A stretch of DNA of 63,700 nt, counting the filler, from Candidatus Tectimicrobiota bacterium (lineage in GTDB: Bacteria > JACPSX01), in assembly GCA_016193065.1 (NCBI GenBank). It is 5 parts of 5 records of this genome, joined end to end, with 100 filler letters (N's around TTAATTAATTAA, not from the genome) between each part and the next. Parts side by side here need not be neighbours in the genome. Positions count along the whole stretch, not along the records: positions 58,041 to 63,700 come from JACPSX010000272.1; 4 more parts are not named here. The stretch is one strand, 5' to 3'. Made by a program: the position numbers and the translations under genes. The notes below the pieces were generated by a model, which was given only the letters and a program-made list of their open reading frames with translations, ran no database searches and had not been told where the DNA came from. This document shows positions 60,145 through 63,700 of this stretch, one piece after another (within the stretch, counting starts at the first letter, position 1; every line of letters begins with the position of its first letter).

Positions 60145-60211
60145 TGCCACCTGAATCCTCCCCCACAAAGGTGGGAGGAGATGCGGAAGGGGAAAGGTTG
60201 GGATGGGGGGG
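60145..60211. repeat. REP-like GC-rich hairpin remnant
   Basis: tcctccccac-aaag-gtgggagga plus a purine-rich tail; resembles the element at 29259. Confidence 0.45.
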
Positions 60212-60221
60212 GACTCCTGGG

Positions 60222-61289
60222 TCAGCCGACGGAGGCGGAAACGGCAAGCTCGTTCAAGATCTGAGGATTGGTGACCAGTTGCCCGCAGGCGGCCAGGATG
60301 TCGGCCCCCCGGCTTTCGCGGATCGTGGCCGTCAGATGGCTGCTCTGCAGGATATCTTGAAAAGCCGCCAGCTTCTGGGGAGACGGACGGTGAAACAAAG
60401 CACCCGGAAAGGGATTAAAGGGGATCAGGTTGATCTTACAGGGGATGCCACGCAGCAGGCGAGCCAGTTCTGCAGCCTGTTCGGGGGAATCATTGACGCC
60501 TTCCAGCAAAACATACTCAAAGGTGATGCGCCGGCGCGGGGCGAGCGGGAACTGGCGGCAGGCCTCCAGGAGAACCGGCAGGGGGTATTTCTTGTTGATG
60601 GGCATGATCCGGGTGCGGACCGGATCAGAAGACGCATTTAAGGACACCGCTAAGTTGACCTTCAGGTCCTCCTGCCCGAGCTTCTTGATGGCCGGAGCCA
60701 AGCCGCTTGTGGACAGGGTGATGCGCCGGGGGGAGATGGACATCCCTTTGGGGTCAGTCATCAGGCGGATGGCCTTGACCACCTCCCGGTAGTTGTCCAG
60801 TGGTTCCCCCATTCCCATGAAGACATAGTTCGTGAGCTTTTCTTCGGGAGAGAGTTCCCGGGCCACCGACAGAACCTGATCGACGATTTCCCAGGCCCGC
60901 AAATTGCGTGTAAAGCCGCCCACCCCCGTCAGGCAGAACTTGCAGTCGAGCTTGCAGCCCACCTGGGTGGAGATGCACAGCGTGCGGCGGTCTTCGTCCG
61001 GGATCAGGACGCTTTCGATCCGGAGGCCGTCTTCCAGCCCGAAGAGAAATTTCCGTGTCCCATCAGCGGCGGTATGCGCGCGGACCAACTCCAGCGTTCC
61101 AATCCCCGCCACTTCCCCGAGGCGGCTGCGAAACTCCTTGGAAAGGTTGGTCATGTCATCAATCTGTGTCACCCCCTTCGCAAAGACCCAGTCGTAAATC
61201 TGGCGGGCGTTATAGGCCTTGCCCTCCAAATCCCCGACCATCTCCTCCATTTCCGGAAGAGTGAGATCTTTCAGATTGACAGACGACAT
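60222..61289 (-). CDS. rlmN: 23S rRNA/tRNA adenine-C2 methyltransferase RlmN
   Basis: CISTQVGCKLDCKFC, FMGMGEP, FEYV and AACGQL. Confidence 0.96.
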   Translation of the reverse strand: MSSVNLKDLTLPEMEEMVGDLEGKAYNARQIYDWVFAKGVTQIDDMTNLSKEFRSRLGEVAGIGTLELVRAHTAADGTRKFLFGLEDGLRIESVLIPDEDRRTLCISTQVGCKLDCKFCLTGVGGFTRNLRAWEIVDQVLSVARELSPEEKLTNYVFMGMGEPLDNYREVVKAIRLMTDPKGMSISPRRITLSTSGLAPAIKKLGQEDLKVNLAVSLNASSDPVRTRIMPINKKYPLPVLLEACRQFPLAPRRRITFEYVLLEGVNDSPEQAAELARLLRGIPCKINLIPFNPFPGALFHRPSPQKLAAFQDILQSSHLTATIRESRGADILAACGQLVTNPQILNELAVSASVG

Positions 61290-61365
61290 GGAATCCTCGC
61301 AGTCTTCAGAGTCTTCTCCGGACCCACCCGCACGTTACCACAGCCCCCGAACCCGGACAAGGCGA

Positions 61366-61404
61366 TGCACCGAGAACTGTGCAATTTGCACATGGATTTG
61401 TGCA
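61366..61404. promoter_or_regulatory. Tandem palindromic TGCAC-N8-GTGCA sites (probable enhancer-binding-protein UAS)
   Basis: 61366-61383 and 61387-61404, spaced 21 bp apart. Confidence 0.7.
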
Positions 61405-61501
61405 ACGCTTTCGTCGCGGCCGGACACGGGAAAAAATTACCTGCAACCCATTATCTTCCATGAGGTACCCGGGGACACTTTTCTCTGCGGGCGCCGTGTC
61501 G

Positions 61502-61517
61502 CGGCACCATTCTTGCT
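61502..61517 (+). promoter_or_regulatory. sigma54 (-24/-12) promoter
   Basis: CGGCACCATTCTTGCT fits GG-N10-GC and is close to the TGGCAC-N5-TTGCW consensus. Confidence 0.7.
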
Positions 61518-61606
61518 TTCGAAATTGGTATCTATCTTTCCCACGGCAACAGAGACGCAACCCACGGAAATGGCCACTGAAACTCCTGCCTCCAGAAGGA
61601 GCCGCC

Positions 61607-62701
61607 ATGGACACCACGAATGACCTCCACGAGAACATCATCGAAAGCCTCACCTCCGGCCTCATGGTCATCGATTCCCGCACGTTTCAGATCCTGAGCT
61701 TCAACAAGGCGCTGGAGCGGATCACGGGTCTTTCCCGAACCCAGGTCCTCAACAGGTCCGTCGAGGAAGTTTTCTCTTACGTCCAGGGACTCTCCTGCGC
61801 GGACCTGGCCCGGGAGATGTGGGAAAAAGGGGTGGTCACCCGCCCCCGCATGCGCGTCACCCGTCCCACGGGGGAGGACGTGTACCGGGGACTCAAGGCC
61901 GAGCCCCTTTATTCCCGCCAGGGGGAGGCGATGGGGATCGTCGTGCACATTGAAGACGTGACCGAGCGGGAGATCCTGCGGGAGAGCTTCAGCCGCTACG
62001 TGGCCCACCAGGTCGTGGAGGCGATCCTCTCCGAGAAGCAAAAACTCAACCTCTCCGGGTGCCGGCAGGAAGTGACGATCCTCTTCGCCGACATTCGCGG
62101 GTTCACGGAGCTCGCCGAGAGCCAGGAGCCGGAAGCGGTGGTCTCTCTCCTGAACGGATACTTCTCCCGCATGGTCGACGTGGTCCTCAAATACGAGGGG
62201 ACGCTGGACAAGTTCGTGGGAGATACCGTGATGGCCGTCTTTGGCGCCCCCATGAGCCGGGAGGATGACACCGAGCGGGCCCTGCGCGCCGCCATTGAAA
62301 TGCAATCCGAGATGGTGCGCTTCAACGCCGAGCGGGAGGAGGCAGGCGAAGAGCCCATCCACATCGGCATCGGCATCAATACGGGGATCGCCATCGTGGG
62401 CAACGTGGGCTCCGAGAAGCGCATGGACTACACGGTGATCGGCGACGCCGTCAACGTGGCCGACCGCATCCAGAACCTCTCCCGCGGCGGCGAGATCCTG
62501 GTGAGCGAGCACACCTACCGCAAGGCGAGCCAGGTGATCCGGGGAAGACCTCTATCCTCGGGACGAGTGCGGGGGAGGGTGAACCCCGTGAAGATTTACC
62601 TGATTGAAGGGCTCAAGGAAGAGGGTGCTCCGGAAGACTCGCAGGCATTGGAAAAGAACGCGGCCACCTCGGATTTCACCTCCGCGAGCCTCTCAATCTG
62701 A
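61607..62701 (+). CDS. PAS-domain class III adenylate cyclase
   Basis: PAS domain, LFADIRGFT, LDKFVGD (K), RMDYTVIGDAVNVADR (D, N, R). RBS AGGAG. Confidence 0.92.
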   Translation: MDTTNDLHENIIESLTSGLMVIDSRTFQILSFNKALERITGLSRTQVLNRSVEEVFSYVQGLSCADLAREMWEKGVVTRPRMRVTRPTGEDVYRGLKAEPLYSRQGEAMGIVVHIEDVTEREILRESFSRYVAHQVVEAILSEKQKLNLSGCRQEVTILFADIRGFTELAESQEPEAVVSLLNGYFSRMVDVVLKYEGTLDKFVGDTVMAVFGAPMSREDDTERALRAAIEMQSEMVRFNAEREEAGEEPIHIGIGINTGIAIVGNVGSEKRMDYTVIGDAVNVADRIQNLSRGGEILVSEHTYRKASQVIRGRPLSSGRVRGRVNPVKIYLIEGLKEEGAPEDSQALEKNAATSDFTSASLSI

Positions 62702-63618
62702 TTGATCCGGTCGCGGAAGACTGCGGCCCCGGGCAGGCCTCGGGTGTAGTGGGGGAGATGCTTCCGCATGTGAAACACGGCTTCCCGCTCCTCCAGGTAA
62801 GTCTCCAGGAGCTCGATGTGCCGGTTCACCAGGGAAAGCTTTTCGGCAGTGGACGGAGGAGGGGGGATTTCCCCGCTCTGCATGTAATGGGCGATCTGGC
62901 GGAAGATCCAGGGGGAGCCCACGGCGCCGCGGCCGATCATGACTCCGTCGCACCCCGTTTGCTCCAGCATCCGCCGGGCGTCTTCCGGAGACTTCACGTC
63001 TCCGTTGCCGAACACGGGAATGGAGACGGCCTCCCTGAACGCGGTGATGAGGCTCCAGTCCGCCTCGCCGGAGAACTGCTGGGAGCGGGTGCGGGCGTGG
63101 ATGGCAATGGCCTGGACCCCGCACCCCTCGGCAATGCGGGCGATCTCGGGACCGTTGATCGAGCGGTCATCCCAGCCGGCCCGGGTCTTCACCGTGACCG
63201 GGACAGAGACCGCTTTCACCGTGGCCGTGAGGATCGCCTCCACCAGGGGAGGGTTGCGCAAGAGAGCCGCCCCTGCCGAGGCTTTGACGATCTTGGGCAC
63301 CGGGCAGCCCATGTTGATGTCCACGATGTCGGCGCCGCTCTCCTCAACAATCGCCGCCGCCCGAGCCACCACTTCCGGGGAGGAGCCAAAGACCTGCACG
63401 CTCAGCGGCTTTTCCTTCGGATCGGAGGCGAACAGCCGGCGGGTCTTCTCGTTGTTGCGCACCAGGGCCTCGGTGCTCACCATTTCCGTGCACACCAGGC
63501 CGCAGCCGGCCTCCCGAGCCAGAAGGCGGAAGGGGAGGTTCGTCATCCCGGCCAGCGGAGCCATGACCAGATTGTTTTCAAGCTGAACAGTGCCGATCCG
63601 AACCGGTCTCAGCGTCAC
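62596..63618 (-). CDS. dusB: tRNA-dihydrouridine synthase DusB
   Basis: MAPLAG, DINMGCP, IHART, GNGDV and GVMIGRG. Confidence 0.93.
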   Translation of the reverse strand: MTLRPVRIGTVQLENNLVMAPLAGMTNLPFRLLAREAGCGLVCTEMVSTEALVRNNEKTRRLFASDPKEKPLSVQVFGSSPEVVARAAAIVEESGADIVDINMGCPVPKIVKASAGAALLRNPPLVEAILTATVKAVSVPVTVKTRAGWDDRSINGPEIARIAEGCGVQAIAIHARTRSQQFSGEADWSLITAFREAVSIPVFGNGDVKSPEDARRMLEQTGCDGVMIGRGAVGSPWIFRQIAHYMQSGEIPPPPSTAEKLSLVNRHIELLETYLEEREAVFHMRKHLPHYTRGLPGAAVFRDRINQIERLAEVKSEVAAFFSNACESSGAPSSLSPSIR

Positions 63619-63700
63619 TCGTTCTCCGATCCTGCTGAAACGACCCCATCGGGCCGTACCTCTTCAATGGGCCAGTCCGCCCGGGCATCCAGGGAAAGAA

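Overview
The window is five contigs of a high-GC bacterial genome, probably a metagenome bin, joined by artificial N-TTAATTAATTAA-N linkers at 25599-25698, 32640-32739, 49720-49819 and 57941-58040. Gene order and repeated NitT/TauT-type binding proteins and ornithine cyclodeaminase-family genes suggest a Deltaproteobacteria-like or Nitrospinota/Tectomicrobia-like lineage (low-confidence inference). Most content is housekeeping: rplY-pth-rpsF-ssb-rpsR-rplI-dnaB-alr-mlaEFD-tgt-yajC-secDF-hemW; purMN-lolA-rseP-rimP-nusA-infB-rbfA-truB-rpsO-pnp; and smpB, ssrA, rlmN, dusB. The best candidate for a new system is an NtrY-like kinase followed by one ORF that fuses a receiver domain, a degenerate sigma54-type AAA+ domain and an HTH to an intact-looking LpxC, suggesting phosphorylation-linked control of the committed step of lipid A synthesis. 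Also notable: a 199-bp repeat in two copies whose 116-bp core is inverted relative to its flanks; a 108-bp MITE inserted exactly in the secF/hemW TAGTG overlap; a palindromic repeat nested inside another; a c-di-GMP-I riboswitch before a lytic transglycosylase; a sigma54 promoter with a tandem enhancer before a PAS-adenylate cyclase; a PadB/dehydroxylase-like molybdoenzyme operon; and a recombinase remnant at the tmRNA 3' end. Internal deletions in dnaB, tgt, purM and ntrY look like assembly errors, so fusions need read-level confirmation. All family calls are from motif recognition by eye; no searches were run.
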